A stretch of DNA of 64,000 nt from Amoebophrya sp. A120 (Eukaryota; Protista; Dinoflagellata). The stretch covers positions 7,346,743 to 7,410,742 of the forward strand of contig CAJINV010000002.1 of the NCBI GenBank assembly GCA_905178155.1. The letters are read 5' to 3'. Below the pieces are notes generated by a model. It was not told the DNA's origin. It ran no database searches and worked only from the letters and a program-made list of their open reading frames with translations. Positions 37,069 to 50,000 of this stretch are shown here, piece after piece (the stretch's first letter is position 1; every line of letters starts with the position of its first letter). A program made the position numbers and the translations under genes.

Positions 37069-37700
37069 TGGAATTGAAACACGAAGGTGGAAGCGACAAC
37101 ATCAACATTTTTTCAATCACCTCTACTGTGGAAGAACTTCTAGCTTGTTTTCATCGCCGTCATCAGTCGTTCGGCTTCTGGCAGACGAGGACACGTGTGG
37201 GTGATCAGATCTGTCCTCCATGACAGGATGCGGCTATTGTGCTGCCGCTGGACGGAAGAAAACAGAATCTGATGATCAACTGGTTGATAATATCCCTCTT
37301 GATGAAGATGATTTTTCCACCACCTGAATACACAAGCTAAGCAACTCAACAATAAATGCAAAAGCCTGAGTGGTCGTCCAGCTTCGAGAAGCCCAAACGC
37401 AAACAAGCACATGCGTTTATCTGCTTGATGTTCGGCGCCGCATGTTCTTGTACAAAAACAATTTCAATTTCTAAGATTGTAAGATCTTGCGCTGTGTTAC
37501 ATTTATTTTCATCGAGTGGATTCTTCACTTTCACTTTCAACATGAGAGAAAGATTATACCTGTAGTTTCAGTGTGTGTTTGTGATCCGTTCAATATCGAC
37601 GCAGATCAGATTGAATGGATGCAACATCGATCAATATGGATTATGGTTGGGTGGTTGGGATTTTTTTTAAAGAACCTAGAGTTGTCATTCCAGAAAATAA

Positions 37701-37718
37701 GATGATGATGATGATGAT
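37701..37718. repeat. (GAT)6 microsatellite in AT-rich intergenic DNA
   Basis: GATGATGATGATGATGAT seen directly. Confidence 0.8.
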
Positions 37719-38267
37719 GGATCGAAATTGATTGATTCTTATTTTTTTGATTGTGGATTGTGTTTGTGATTGGTCAATATTATTATTAAAGGAAAAAAAA
37801 TCTCAGAAAGTTGGTTGTTGATTTCATGTCATTCTCCGATCAGGATATAGATGTCATGAGGTCAATCCATCCGATCAATAGTTTTGATGTATTTGCAAGA
37901 AAAATATGCCATTGATTTGGATTCAATTCATTGATTAGAAATTTCAATTAGGTATTTCTATCAATCTGGAATGAAAAGTTCGAAAATAAATAGGTTGGTG
38001 AAAAATTTTCGTAGGGTATAGTATAGGATCCAGCGTATGCAGATCGCAAGGCCGGTGATCTTGGGGTGGTAGGTTGGAAATCGGCCGGTGATCTTGGGAT
38101 ATGAGAAATGATGATATTCGCAGGCAACTAGTGTTCAATCAAGATACCGGTGCGGTTGTGGTTTGAGATGAGGTTGAAGTTGAGAAGATCAAAGTTTTCG
38201 TCGTTGGTTTTGAAAGTCACTTTTGACTCTCGACTTGTGTCTCGAGCCTACAAGCTACAAAACATGA

Positions 38268-38739
38268 TGTGAAACAACTCAAGACAAGAGCCGGGAGGAC
38301 ACTGGACAGTGTCGCGACGTCTCTGAAATCGAGACGTCAACGTAGCGGATCAGCCGCCAACTAAACTGTATTGTCACAACTTTGAACTTGAAATGTACTG
38401 GGAACTTGCAACAACAAATAAATAAAAATAAAACGAAACGACACGCCCTCGCTCTTGGCACGAGCTTGTCCGTGTGCTTGCACAGGAGGTGCGAGCCCGC
38501 AAGAGCTTCTCCGCTTGTTTTGATCAACGTTTGCTCAGTCGTCGTTATCGCTGCTGTTGTCGCAACTAAATCAGCTTACAACTGTGCGATCCCTCCTCAC
38601 CAGTTAGACCCACAAAAATCCCTAAGTGGTGGAGTGTATGGGCACGGGTGCAACTGGACAACAAATCACTGAACCTCTTCTACATCCCCTCACAACAAAC
38701 AGAACAGCAGCGAATATTTGGAAACCAAACGCAGTTCCA
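38268..38739 (+). repeat. Candidate 5' LTR
   Basis: TG at 38268 and CA at 38738-38739 followed by 2 nt and TGG; AATAAA motifs near 38417-38433. No second copy lies in the window, so the start is a guess. Confidence 0.4.
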
Positions 38740-38741
38740 GT

Positions 38742-38764
38742 TGGTGTTGCGCGAGGAGCTCGAA
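38742..38764 (+). promoter_or_regulatory. Candidate tRNA primer-binding site TGGTGTTGCGCGAGGAGCTCGAA
   Basis: CA-NN-TGG arrangement. The reverse complement TTCGAGCTCCTCGCGCAACACCA has T-loop-like TTCGA at tRNA spacing from a CCA end. The tRNA is not identified. Confidence 0.55.
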
Positions 38765-39549
38765 ATTCCCCGGATTTAAAGCAAAGAGAGGCACACTAGG
38801 TGCTTCCGATAGTACTTCTCAAACCCGGTGGACTTCGAGGCAAGAGAGGCCATTACATTAGGCCGGACGTAGTAGATTTGTTAAAAGAATAACAGAGCTG
38901 ACACCAAGTAAGTAGGTAGACAAACCAAAACCAAGCAGGCCTTGGTTCTATAGGATCTATCGTAAATTCGTTTTGGCAGTGCAGCTTGGAGAGCCAACCT
39001 GAACCACGAAGATCCTCGCAGAGCTTAAGTTTAAACGAACGATAACCATAGAAGCTAACACCTCTTGTCCTAAGCAGCGTAAAAGGTTACAAGACGTTCG
39101 CTTCAGCAGCGTTACGAGATCTGATCTCTCCTTGTCACATTAGTTATCGCTTCATTCTTATCCCGTAACGTGAATAAAAGTTGCCTGGACTTCAACTTTA
39201 AGGTGTTTCGGTTGCCAAGGTTGCATACAACGCACGCAATTTCCAAAATCTCAAACCGAACAGGGCTCGACGGATGCAAATCCACGAGAACAAAGTTGAC
39301 ATGTTTTACAATTTTAAATAAGTAGTATCAATCTTTAAGCATACTTTCGAGTTCAAATTTAAGCAGAGTAAGTCCAGACATTCAATACTTCCTTTGGAAA
39401 TAACCCTTAGCAGTAATTCAACAGTCCTTTTCGATACCTCGTTTCGGAGTTACAAAACATCGCATCGCTAAGACTTCAGAATTCCGTCCTTTTATACAAG
39501 AATACTAGTGCACTAAATTCTAACACTCGCAACATCATACTAAACACGG

Positions 39550-42500
39550 TTGGCTAGCCCACCCGAAAACCAGATCAGGATGCCAGGTCCAGGGATCAAA
39601 GACGACAAACTTGTAGCTGGGGAGTTGATCCAAATCAAGGGCAAACACTATCGGTGTGTCTCGTACAAGGCGCAGAGTCGGATTCTCTGGTCATACCAAG
39701 ACCAAGAGTTCCAGCGGCTCACTCGCCACTCGCAGCACCTGCTCGAGAAGGAGAAACCCCCGACCAAAGTTTACAAACTGATCAACGACCCTTACAAGTA
39801 CACTGGGCCTACGGACCTGCACGCCGTGCTCGCCGCGCACCCCGTGCATGGAGCTAAAAACGGATTCCCGGTTCGCCACCTGTGCGATGTCGTGCGAGGA
39901 TGGAACGTGCGTGACGCTTGCCCGCCCACTTCCGCTGGGAACACGCCCGTTGTCACGCCGCGCTTCCAACCGACGGAGATAGAGGTCAAACGACAGGGAC
40001 CCGACTTTCCTTCTTTGGTCGACGACGGTAGCTTCCCCGTGCTAGCCACGGGTACCAAAAAGGTAGACGCCAATCCCAGCCCGGCGACAACGACGGGTGT
40101 CTCTTATGCGCGGCAGGCGGAGTTGTTGGCGTTGGATGGAGACTGCCCGGCAGAGAAATTGCAGGACAAGGTGATCTTCGAAGGACCCCGCAACGCCACA
40201 CAGGTCATCTCTGTCTCCAACCTGGGAACGCAGGAGATCTATTCTTCGAAACTCCTGATCAACGCGCGGGATTTGTCGAAAGAACCCGAGGAGCGGTCAT
40301 CCGGCCTGTCGTCGTCCAAGAACGAAGAATGGGTTGCGGTGCCCGCCGGAAGTGGGTTGCTTGCATCCCCTTTCTCGTTGAGTGGAGGCGGATCAGGGCT
40401 CGCTTCTCTGCGTACCAGTCCCAGCACGCTCGAGGAGGAGATCCAAAAGGGGAGGATCGAATCGCCGACGCTTGTGAAAGGCCAGGTGAAGGACTCCTGG
40501 GTCGACCACTATTCGCGGTTGAAAGGAGGCGTCAAGCGACATTTCGAGGAAGGGGTGTTACCGGCAGTAGCGAGAGAACGTAAGAGGTCTTGCACACCTC
40601 AGGGCCGCTCCTCAATCACGCAGCAGCAAAACATCTCGTACCAGCCCATCCCGTTCCTGCACACCGCCTCCGGAAGTGGCGGAAACATCCCGAAGAGAAA
40701 AAAGAAGGTGCGGTCCGCCAAAGCTAAGAAGAAGAAGTGCACTCAGTACAAGGGCTCTAGTCGCCGCGGAAGCAAGTCCCCTTTCTCCGCAAGCAGCATC
40801 GCTTCGGGAGCCATGAAAGATGTGGACAGTGACGATCGCATGGAGGACGCTTCTAGTCCAACGGTGTCCGAGGAGAATTCAGACACCAGTATTGTCACGC
40901 CGGCCTTGCTACAAGAGGAATCCACTCACCTGAAGAAGACCGTAGTGCAGGACTTACGCAGTTCGAGCCCTTCGCAGGTGGTTCTGCAGAACACCAAAAG
41001 CGGAAATCCGCCCGCAGCTCCCGAAACTTCATCCAAGATCCGTTATCGGGACGATTTCCTTTCGTCTGATACGGATGGCGATATTCCCGCAAGAGGTCGT
41101 AGTGCTACGACCAAGACTGTCATTGGCAGCGGAATCGAGACGACCCACGCAGGCACGCTCCTCGGGGCCGGCGCAACTGGAAAGGCCACGATGCAAGGTG
41201 CAAATCTAACTCTCCCGCCCAAAATGGAGAAACCACAGCAGCCTCCGCGTTCAGGTTCCCTGAAGTGGCAAGAAACTCCCTGGCCGGTGATTAGCGGAAC
41301 GCATACACCGATGAGCCCTCCAAGAGGAGGCGTGGAGAATGGTGGGGTGCCCGCAGCAGGCTCGGCTGCCGGTGCGGACACCGAAGACAGCATTAGTAGC
41401 GGTCTCACCATACCGCGCGGCACTATTAGGGAAGAGGAGGACAATGAAGAAGATGTCGAAATTCGCAGCGAGAACACGCTCTTCTACGAAATAGGGACGC
41501 CAAAGGGAGGTAGTACACCCGCACCTCAGAGAGGAGGGACCGAAGACAAAAACAGGTTCACCGGCAACGTTACCGGCGCCTTCAGTGCCTTTGCTGGGGG
41601 AACGACACGCCAACCTTCCCCTGGACGACAGGAAGAGCAGCCTCGCACAACCTCGACTCCTGTGGTTGGCACGTTGGAGTACTACAAAGATATGGTCGCA
41701 CGCTTACAAAGCGAGCTTAGTGGTTGCAGTACATCTCGTCGAAAGCTGGAAGCTGAGCTTGCCTCTGCGAGTGAACACATACAAGAAGCAGAAGCTGCGT
41801 GGTCTCGCGCAGAGCAGAAGGCGGAGCAAGCGGGTCTCACCGAGGACGTTGGCGGAAACATCCTCGAGCACTTCAACGACGAAGCCCTTGCGGAACTCGC
41901 TCGTACCACCTTGTTACGGTACGAATCTAGGTTGAGCGAGGAGAGCAAAAGAGCCGAACCAGGAGAGGACGCGGATGTCCTCCAGGATGTGATCGAGAGC
42001 AGTCTCTGGTGGCTCCGGATGAAGTGCGACAACATTTCGGGGACGGAGCTGAAGCGAATTACCAAAAAGCTGTCCGATGCCCATGGTGCCTCGGAGACGA
42101 GCGTTGAGCAGGCACAGCGAGATCTGCGAACCAGTCAGCAGGAGTTGGAGGTAGTTCAGGCCGAGCTTCAAGACACTGGTTGCAACTTTGCTAACTTCCG
42201 CCTAACGTCGTCCAGCGAACAACAGCAACTGAAGGACAAGATCAAGGTCCTTGAGGACGAGCGAAGTGAAGACTACCTCAAACTCGAAGGAGACTTCTCA
42301 TCCTTGAAGTTAGAACTGGACGCATCCCAGCAAGCAACGGCTGCTCTCAAGACTTCGCTGCAGGAATCCGAGAACAAACTTAAAGAGGCGGAGTTGAAAC
42401 TTGTCTCAAAGGCTAAAGGCGGGCGCCTGTCGCTGGATGCCGAAACAGGCCTTCGATGGGAGGACGCGAGTGCCGAGACGAGTCGCCACAAGGAGCTGCA

Positions 42501-45500
42501 GGCACGGATTTCTGCGTTGCAAATCGCTCTCGAGACACGCGACAGAGATGTAGCAGCTCTCGAAGCGCACAACAAGGATGCCGAAACAGCGGTGGAAGCA
42601 GAACGCGAGCGTGGGCGTAGGCTCCTTCACAACCGTGTCAGTATCCTCAACGGGCACAAGAAAGAGTTGCAGCGCAAACTACTCCAGACGCAGCGGAAGG
42701 TCGAGCGGGCCACTGCTCAAGAAGCGACGAACGACGCCCACACTGACTTGGCAGAAAGCGTTGGCAAGCCCGCGCGGAACTTGCAAGGTGACATCCTGTC
42801 GGCGTCCCAAACGGATCTGCATACGAAATTACAGGACATGAAGCAGCAGTTCGAGAAGGAACGTCAGTCGCTGGTGGACCGCCGCAGTGAACTGCATCAG
42901 CAGCACGAGAAGCTTTGTGACGAGATAAAAGAATCTCGCCGTTCCGAGATATCTCAACTCAACAATTCAATGTACGACATGTACGAAGAAACGCGGAAAA
43001 CGCACTTGGCCCGACGTGCCGAGTTAGAAGAGCAGCAACGACGTGAATGGCAGGAGTTGCAGACGGAGCACGGAAAGAGGATCCACCAAAGCAAGCTGGA
43101 TGTTCATGGTCGTCTGCAGAATGCCGAGGCGGAGTTCGAGCGGAAGTACACCGTGAAGAAAGCTTCTCACCGCCTAAAGGCGGAGGAGCAACACAAGAAG
43201 AACATGGAGGAGCTCCTGCAGCAGCATCGGGAAGAGTTTGCCAACTTCAAGCAAGGTTTGATAAGCCGTGGGTACGAGTTCTTGGCTGCAGAAATGCAAG
43301 GAGAAACGCTGCAGAAAGGGAGTTTGTCGCTCGTCAAGGTCTTAAAGGATATGCAGGAAACGATATCGCGTAAAATTTCGAAGCAACCGGTTGGCGACGC
43401 TGGGCCCACCGCAGATCCGCGCGAGGAAAAGGAACGGCAAATGCAGCATGATGTGCGGATGCTCTCGCTGCAAATACAGAAGGATCAATTGCTTTCGCAG
43501 CAAACGCGCATCAAGGTTGAGGAGGAAAGCCGTAAGCTCGGGGGGGTGCTGAACATGACACCAGGCCAGGCCCCATCTACCTCACCATCGGCCCCTCCAG
43601 GTCTCCAAACCCCTTCTAGCATCGCCGTTGGTTCCGCTGCTTTCGCCACCCCGGCTAGCCCGGTTGTGGACGCGGTTATCGGAGACAAGAAAAAGACAGT
43701 CCATTTCTCCTCGGGAGCTGGTCCGGAGTACGAACAGTTTTCAGAACAGCTTCAAACATCGCTGCAAGGGTGCATTGGCGGCGGCTTTGAGCTGGGTGCG
43801 AACCAAAGCACTGTGATCAGCAGCGCCAACAAGACTGGAAGCGGTGATCTCCCACGATTTGGTCACCCCGCATCAACTCCTCAACCGGAGACGCACTTGC
43901 AGGAGAAAAAGAAGAGCGAGCTTCTCTCAGAGGAAGCGAGGAACCGCCTTTGGTGCGATGACGAAGCCCCTTACCGAGTTCCCCGCGGTAACAGTCGCGA
44001 CCGAAGACACCAAGCACGAGCCGCCACCCGGGTCGGTACATCAGGCCACCATAATGGCTACGCCTGGACGGCGGATGAAGACGACATGTACTCGCGGCCT
44101 GAGACCTTCGCCGACGGGTCTGTCCTGAAAGAAGATCTCGACGAGGGCGCCGTGGCATACGATCGAATCGCTGATGCGATGCACCAGACCAAGAAAGATA
44201 TGGACGCTAATAACACGCCCGAGACGGTTCGACGACACAAGTTTGTTGAACAGTTGTATCTCTCGGTGTCGTCGATGTGGGAATACAACTATGAAGGGGT
44301 GGTTGAGTTCGACTCGTGTCGCTTGATCCATGGGGCTGTTCCCAGTGAGGCAGCTCTCGTGTCCACTCACACCGAGAACGGCCAAACGGTCGTTGGACAA
44401 CATTACTCGCGCGTCGATGGAAAAGGAGACGAGGGGTATCGCTTTAGTGCGACTCAGCAGAAACTCCTCGCCTATGGACGCGGTCAGCAATTGACAGCAG
44501 AGTGGGTCGAGTGGTACCGCGATCACTGCGTTGCGGACAAACTTCCTGAAACAGTTCCACAAGCCAAAAGCCTGCGATCGAAAATCACCAAGGAGGCCGC
44601 GCGGTTGCTCGATGAGGACCTCGGCACGAAGGTCAACCCCTCTCTATCCGGAGTGACCATTCCTGTCCCCGCCTGTACCCACACGTGCAAGTCGGTAGCT
44701 GCTGGAAATAGTTACCGCTTCTACACGGACGTTGACTCACTGTTCAATTATTTCCGTGCGTACAGCTTTAGCTGGACACTTATCCAATCACAACTTCTAG
44801 GACACGTTGATAAAGACAAATGGAGCGACGAGGCTAAACGAGCGTTGCAGAAAGCGAACGACCTCGAGCCGACCGAAAACGATGGCATGGTTAGACTGGT
44901 CGCGTTCGTGGCGTTCTACGCCCACGAATGCCGGTGGGACTACATGCATACGGTGGTCGAGGTGCAGCGGGAGCGATATATCCCGCTCGATCACAGCCTC
45001 GTGGCTGCTCGGGCTCGTGGACATGATTGGGGTCAAAAGCAGAAACAGGTCGCGATGAAGCTTGAACGACTCGGAGTTGAGAAGTGCTACATCTGGCCTG
45101 CACTCCAGGAGGGCTGCTGCCAGCACATCGTGAAGGCCCCGGGGGTGTTCAGCCAAGATTGGGTCGAGACTTTGAACTCGAAGATGGCGCGGGAAATGAA
45201 CGGACGCGGCGTCCGAGACAGTTTGGCTCTCGCAACAGCTCGTGTCCGCACCATCACGCTGGAAATCATCGTCGACTATGTCATGCAACAAGGTCTTGCC
45301 ATCCTCGCCTTCGGGACGCGCACGTTTTTCCGCACTCGCGAAGACGATCCGGGAGCGCGCTACAGCTCTTACGGAGATGGATTAGCGGACGGATTCGACA
45401 TATGGGAAAACCGGGTTACGCAGAACGCGATGTTGACGTGGCCTGGCTCTTCGGCCGAGGGGTACAGCAACATCTGTAACGAGGGCACACTGGTTGATGA

Positions 45501-46721
45501 TGAGACTCTCTGGGAGTCCTTCTACCAACGAAATGCGGATGCCTTCGCGGACGTACGCGAGACTGCGCTCCTCGTGGGACAGGATGCGGTGAAAGGAGCG
45601 GTGCTGAAGGGACGACAAGAAGCACAAGGCAAGGCGTCCAAAGGTGGTAAGCGCTATGGACCAATGGGGAAAGGAGGAAAGAAAACCCATAAGTCCTCCG
45701 GCAAGGGCAAGTCGGAAAATGGCAAGGCCCTCTCAAACGCCTCTGACGAGAACAGACGGAGAGGTAAAGACACCTCCTTTACCGTGGCAGTCCTCCCGTG
45801 CAACTCGCCGCTGCACTCCAACACGTCCCATGCTGTGTATGACACAGCAACAGGAGTCATGACTGTGACGGGTCAGGGCCGGTTTGTCAAGGAATACTGC
45901 TTGTTCTGCAAGATCGACCACGTCCTCTTTGTCATCTTGATAGGAAACATGGAGGTCAAGTGGTGCCCCGGGTACTTCGAGGATCTTTACCGTTCCAAGG
46001 TGTCAGATGCGGCTCCGCAAGATCGCCGATGCACTCGCTCCGCGCCCACCTCGGAGTGCAGTGCGATGGCCGCGAAGGTGTCTAGCTTCGCGCGAGCTGG
46101 CGGCTTTAGCGGCTGGTTGAAAGAGGACCGACAGAAGGATATTCGCGGGCGTCTCTCCCTGATCGGCCTCGATGGATACCTGGAGCAGCAGGCTGCCGTC
46201 GCTGCGACGTGTCCGCCGGAAGCCGCTACAACTGTCGCACAAATGCTCGATTTCTTCGACGACCAGGTCTGGTGTGATGAGGTCAACGGACCTTGGGTGG
46301 CTTCCTTGCACCAATTGCGCGTCTGCGGCTGCTTGGGACACTCACAAGACATCGGATACGCCTCCATGCGGTCGCAGTACGAGCGTATCATGCCGGAGTT
46401 ACGACGCAACAATCCGCTCACAGGTCCTTCCGTCACGCCCAGTCCTCCTGCCCCGATAGGTACCCAAGCGAGAGACACGAGTGGCCTTTTCCAGGCATTG
46501 TCGTCTGTAAATCAGGGCGCGGCTTGTACGACCGCTCTTGGACTTCTGGGCATTTTGCTAGAGTTTAGGCACCTTTCCTGGCTCAAGCGTTCAAGAAGTG
46601 TCCACCGTCTTTCTTTGCTTGTAGTCGCTTCCCGCAGCGCACTACGCTCGACGGTATCGGTTAGGTTCAAGCGCATAAAGTGTTTGGCACGCTCGTTTTG
46701 TTGCGAGCCCTACATTGATTC
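39550..46721 (+). CDS. ORF1, Gag-like protein (>=2,390 aa; first ATG 39580; true end hidden by the assembly gap)
   Basis: Located before pol; long coiled coil (~41700-43500), basic KGGK/KGK tract (~45630-45730) and a zinc-knuckle-like CLFCKIDH...C (45898-45966). Confidence 0.65.
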
Positions 46722-46821
46722 NNNNNNNNNNNNNNNNNNNNNNNNNNNNNNNNNNNNNNNNNNNNNNNNNNNNNNNNNNNNNNNNNNNNNNNNNNNNNNN
46801 NNNNNNNNNNNNNNNNNNNNN
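46722..46821. other. Assembly gap (100 N)
   Basis: Run of exactly 100 N; the true size is unknown. Confidence 0.99.
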
Positions 46822-47026
46822 CAGATCTGGGATCTATCCTGTATCCATCGAGGTACTGCGATCAGAATCTATGATCTCCGAAGGAATCAAATGGAAATGC
46901 AAATAGGATCCTGATGGCCGTGTGCCGAGACTCTTGGGGATTACCTGGCCTATTCGGCTATAGGTTCTCCCCGAGGCGTCTCCCGCGAAATACTCACTTC
47001 CGCTGCAAACACTCCAGGATGCAAAG

Positions 47027-50000
47027 ATGCAGGAGGCTTTACAACTCCAGCGCATGGCACAGCAGTTTAACAACAACTACCTTAACATGAGCTTCGATCC
47101 GTACAGCATCGCGGCACGAGTACTGCAGAATGCTTGCCACGCAGCGCCGCCCACTGCCTCAGAGGGCGCTCCTGTAGGAAACAGCATCACGCCTTCGCAA
47201 CAGCAGTCAGCAGAGCAGCACCGGCAGGCCGCGACACCGATCGCATCGAGCCTTGGCAACCCTCTGAAAACCGCCAGCACAGCTGTCCAACAGCCTGACC
47301 TTAGCCTACCTGCAGGTGTTCCTGCCGCAGGCGTTGTCGGGAACTCTCCCAGTCCGACTCTGGGGCAGCCGCTGCAGTCGGGCGGAATTCTGAAACGCAT
47401 GGGCAACTCTGAAGCACCTGTAAGAGATGAAGTGGTGTTCGTGGAGAACACCACCACGGCCGGTGGCGGGTTGTCGGGGTTGTTGCAACCGATTAGCAGT
47501 ATTGCCGGAGTTATCCGAACCGGAACGCAGGAGCCAAACGTCAGGACGGGTGGTGTCTACGAAGAGCGCTCCCTGCTCCCCGCGCACGTTACTACTTCTG
47601 TTAGCCCAAGCCCGGCAGAAGAACCGAAGGAACCCGCAACGAACACGCAACCTGCCTCGACCTTCAAATCGTCAGGGAGAGCCTGTGGAGCTCAAATTGA
47701 ACTACCGGCGAAGGCTGAGACTAGTAGACCTGACGAAGACGAAGAGGTTTCGAAGTTAGTCTCACTGTGCCGGAGCGCGGGAATTTTATCCTCCGTGTGC
47801 GACCCACTGCCAGGGGCTCTGTCCAAACCCGAAACCCAAAACGTTGCGAAGGAGCAGTCCAACCCTCAAGAACATCTGGCTGTCTCGACTAGTTCGGGCG
47901 AGGGAGAGTTTGTTTCGACAGTGGTGCGGCTCAAAGGAGCAGAAGAGCACCAGCTTCGCTTGCACAACTACCGGTCGTCGGCTACCGGAGTGGCAGACCA
48001 GCTCCCTGGCATGACGAAGCCGAAAGAACCTGAGCGTCGCGTTGCCATCGTCGTGCCACCGGGTACGGCCATCAGACGCGTTTTCTCTCAGCACGTCACA
48101 CCGGGCCTGATCAAGGATCAGAGAGTCCTCAAGGACGGGAACGCGGCCCTCGAAGAGACCGCTGCTACCATCCCAGGGGCTTGCTGGGACGGGGCGCTGG
48201 AGGATGACGTGTTCGAAATCACACGTGCGGATCTCGAAGTGGCCCTACACCGACCGCACAGCAATCCAGTTGACGCATTCCTAGCACAAGAAAGCCTTTC
48301 AAACCTGAAACAGGCGCTGGAAACGGGTGATCATCGCGTGCCGAATCTGAGTGCAGACCAACTAGTTACGGCCATGTTCGTTGGATGCGAGGATCCCTTC
48401 AGTCTACGTGACGCAGTGGAGCATGGCCTCGATGTGCTCAGCCTGGGGCCTCATGACGATCAACTACGGCAAGAAATACTTGACATTCTTGAGGAAGAAT
48501 GCGTGAAGTCTGAGGACAAACGGCGCGAAACCTTCACCAGTAGCATGTGTTTACTACGCTCCAAGATGAAAATGTTGCAGAACAGGGGATTATTGCGGGT
48601 CGACCAGCTTCAGCGACGACAACGTCGGTGGCAACATCGAGGTCTCCGACGCACGCCGCGAAAGGGACCACGCAAGGTCGTCCTGGCACGCCGCAGGGCG
48701 AAGGCGCGAGTCGAGGTAGGCAAAGATAACTTCGAGACCCCACCGATGGTGACTGCTGGCTCCTTTGTCTCCTCTGTCTCGCCGCAAGAAGATTTCAATA
48801 ATCTCTCCTTCCTCTCCGAGGTCTCGTGGGAGGTCGAAGCAGAACATCTGAGCGACCCTGAACTCGAGCAGCCCAGCCGCGGAACGAGTGAGGCCAGTCC
48901 CATAGGACCAAACGGGCCGGACCACGTCGACTTCGATCCACGCCCGGAAGAAGGGCATGGTGAGCGGGACACGCCCGCTGCGGCGGCCACAAGGCTCGCT
49001 GTCTTCACGGCGGCGGCAGCGCGAGTAGACGAAATTGCATGGGGTCGACAACCTCTCGTCGCTGACCCGGAGACGACCTTGGAAGGGGTGCTCGATGAGT
49101 ACGCGGAACCGCACGTCATCGGTCCGGATGGGCAGGGCTTACCGGAGGTGGCCGCCCCCGCTGTTCCAGTGGACATAGCACTTCCCGAACAACCCCCAGC
49201 TCCGACTCCTCCTCCTTTCGTCGGAGACCCTCGTATCGACTCGGATTACGATGAGTGGTCGAATGGTGACACCGACGACGACGACTCGGCGGTTCGCCCC
49301 GCGCGGGTAAGGTTTTGCGAAACCACGCGGGTCTGGCCAGATGCTCTGCTTTGTGAGATTGAGCACCGCGCAAGCCACCATGACGGCTTGATAGCTCCTC
49401 ACACCACAGTGGAAGACTTTCGGGAGCAGATAGCATCACACAAAACCCGGAGGAGACGTTCTCGACGCCGCATCCGAGTGCCACCCACCAGCAGCGTTGA
49501 GTCCGAAGTGCTCTCGGGTGTCGCGAACACAAACCAAGATTTGAAATTGCGACGGTCGTGGCTAGCGGGCGTGGGAGTCAAGCACAGTGACGTCGGCCCT
49601 TCCGCGGTGGGCCAGTCTCACCCGGTCAAGCGAGACCTTGTGCCTCACCCGGGTTGGAAGTTTTGGCGTGCAGTCCCAAACAGGGCACGTCGAAGTAGAC
49701 AGGACATCGAAACCATCATTGGTTGGCGTCGCCGAGACGAGGTCGTGGTCACGGAGGAGTGGTGCCTCCAGCTTCTGGGATATGCTGTGGGAGATTCCAG
49801 ATACCCGATCCAGGAGATGATGGTGCGGTACATTGCGCAGGTTTATTGGCGGGTTTCGTTGCGGGTCGACGTTGTTACGAACAAAACACCGCTGCCTCGG
49901 TTGTGGAAACACCTCGGACGTGCTTTCGCGCTAAGTTCAAGAGCGCCTCTCGACACAGTCGTCCGTACCGAGTCACCCGCCAGAATGATCGCCGAGGACC

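Noticed and set aside
39550-46914. 2,454-aa ORF1 as listed in the ORF track
   Set aside because: It is read through a 100-N gap of unknown size, so the part after the gap is not reliable.
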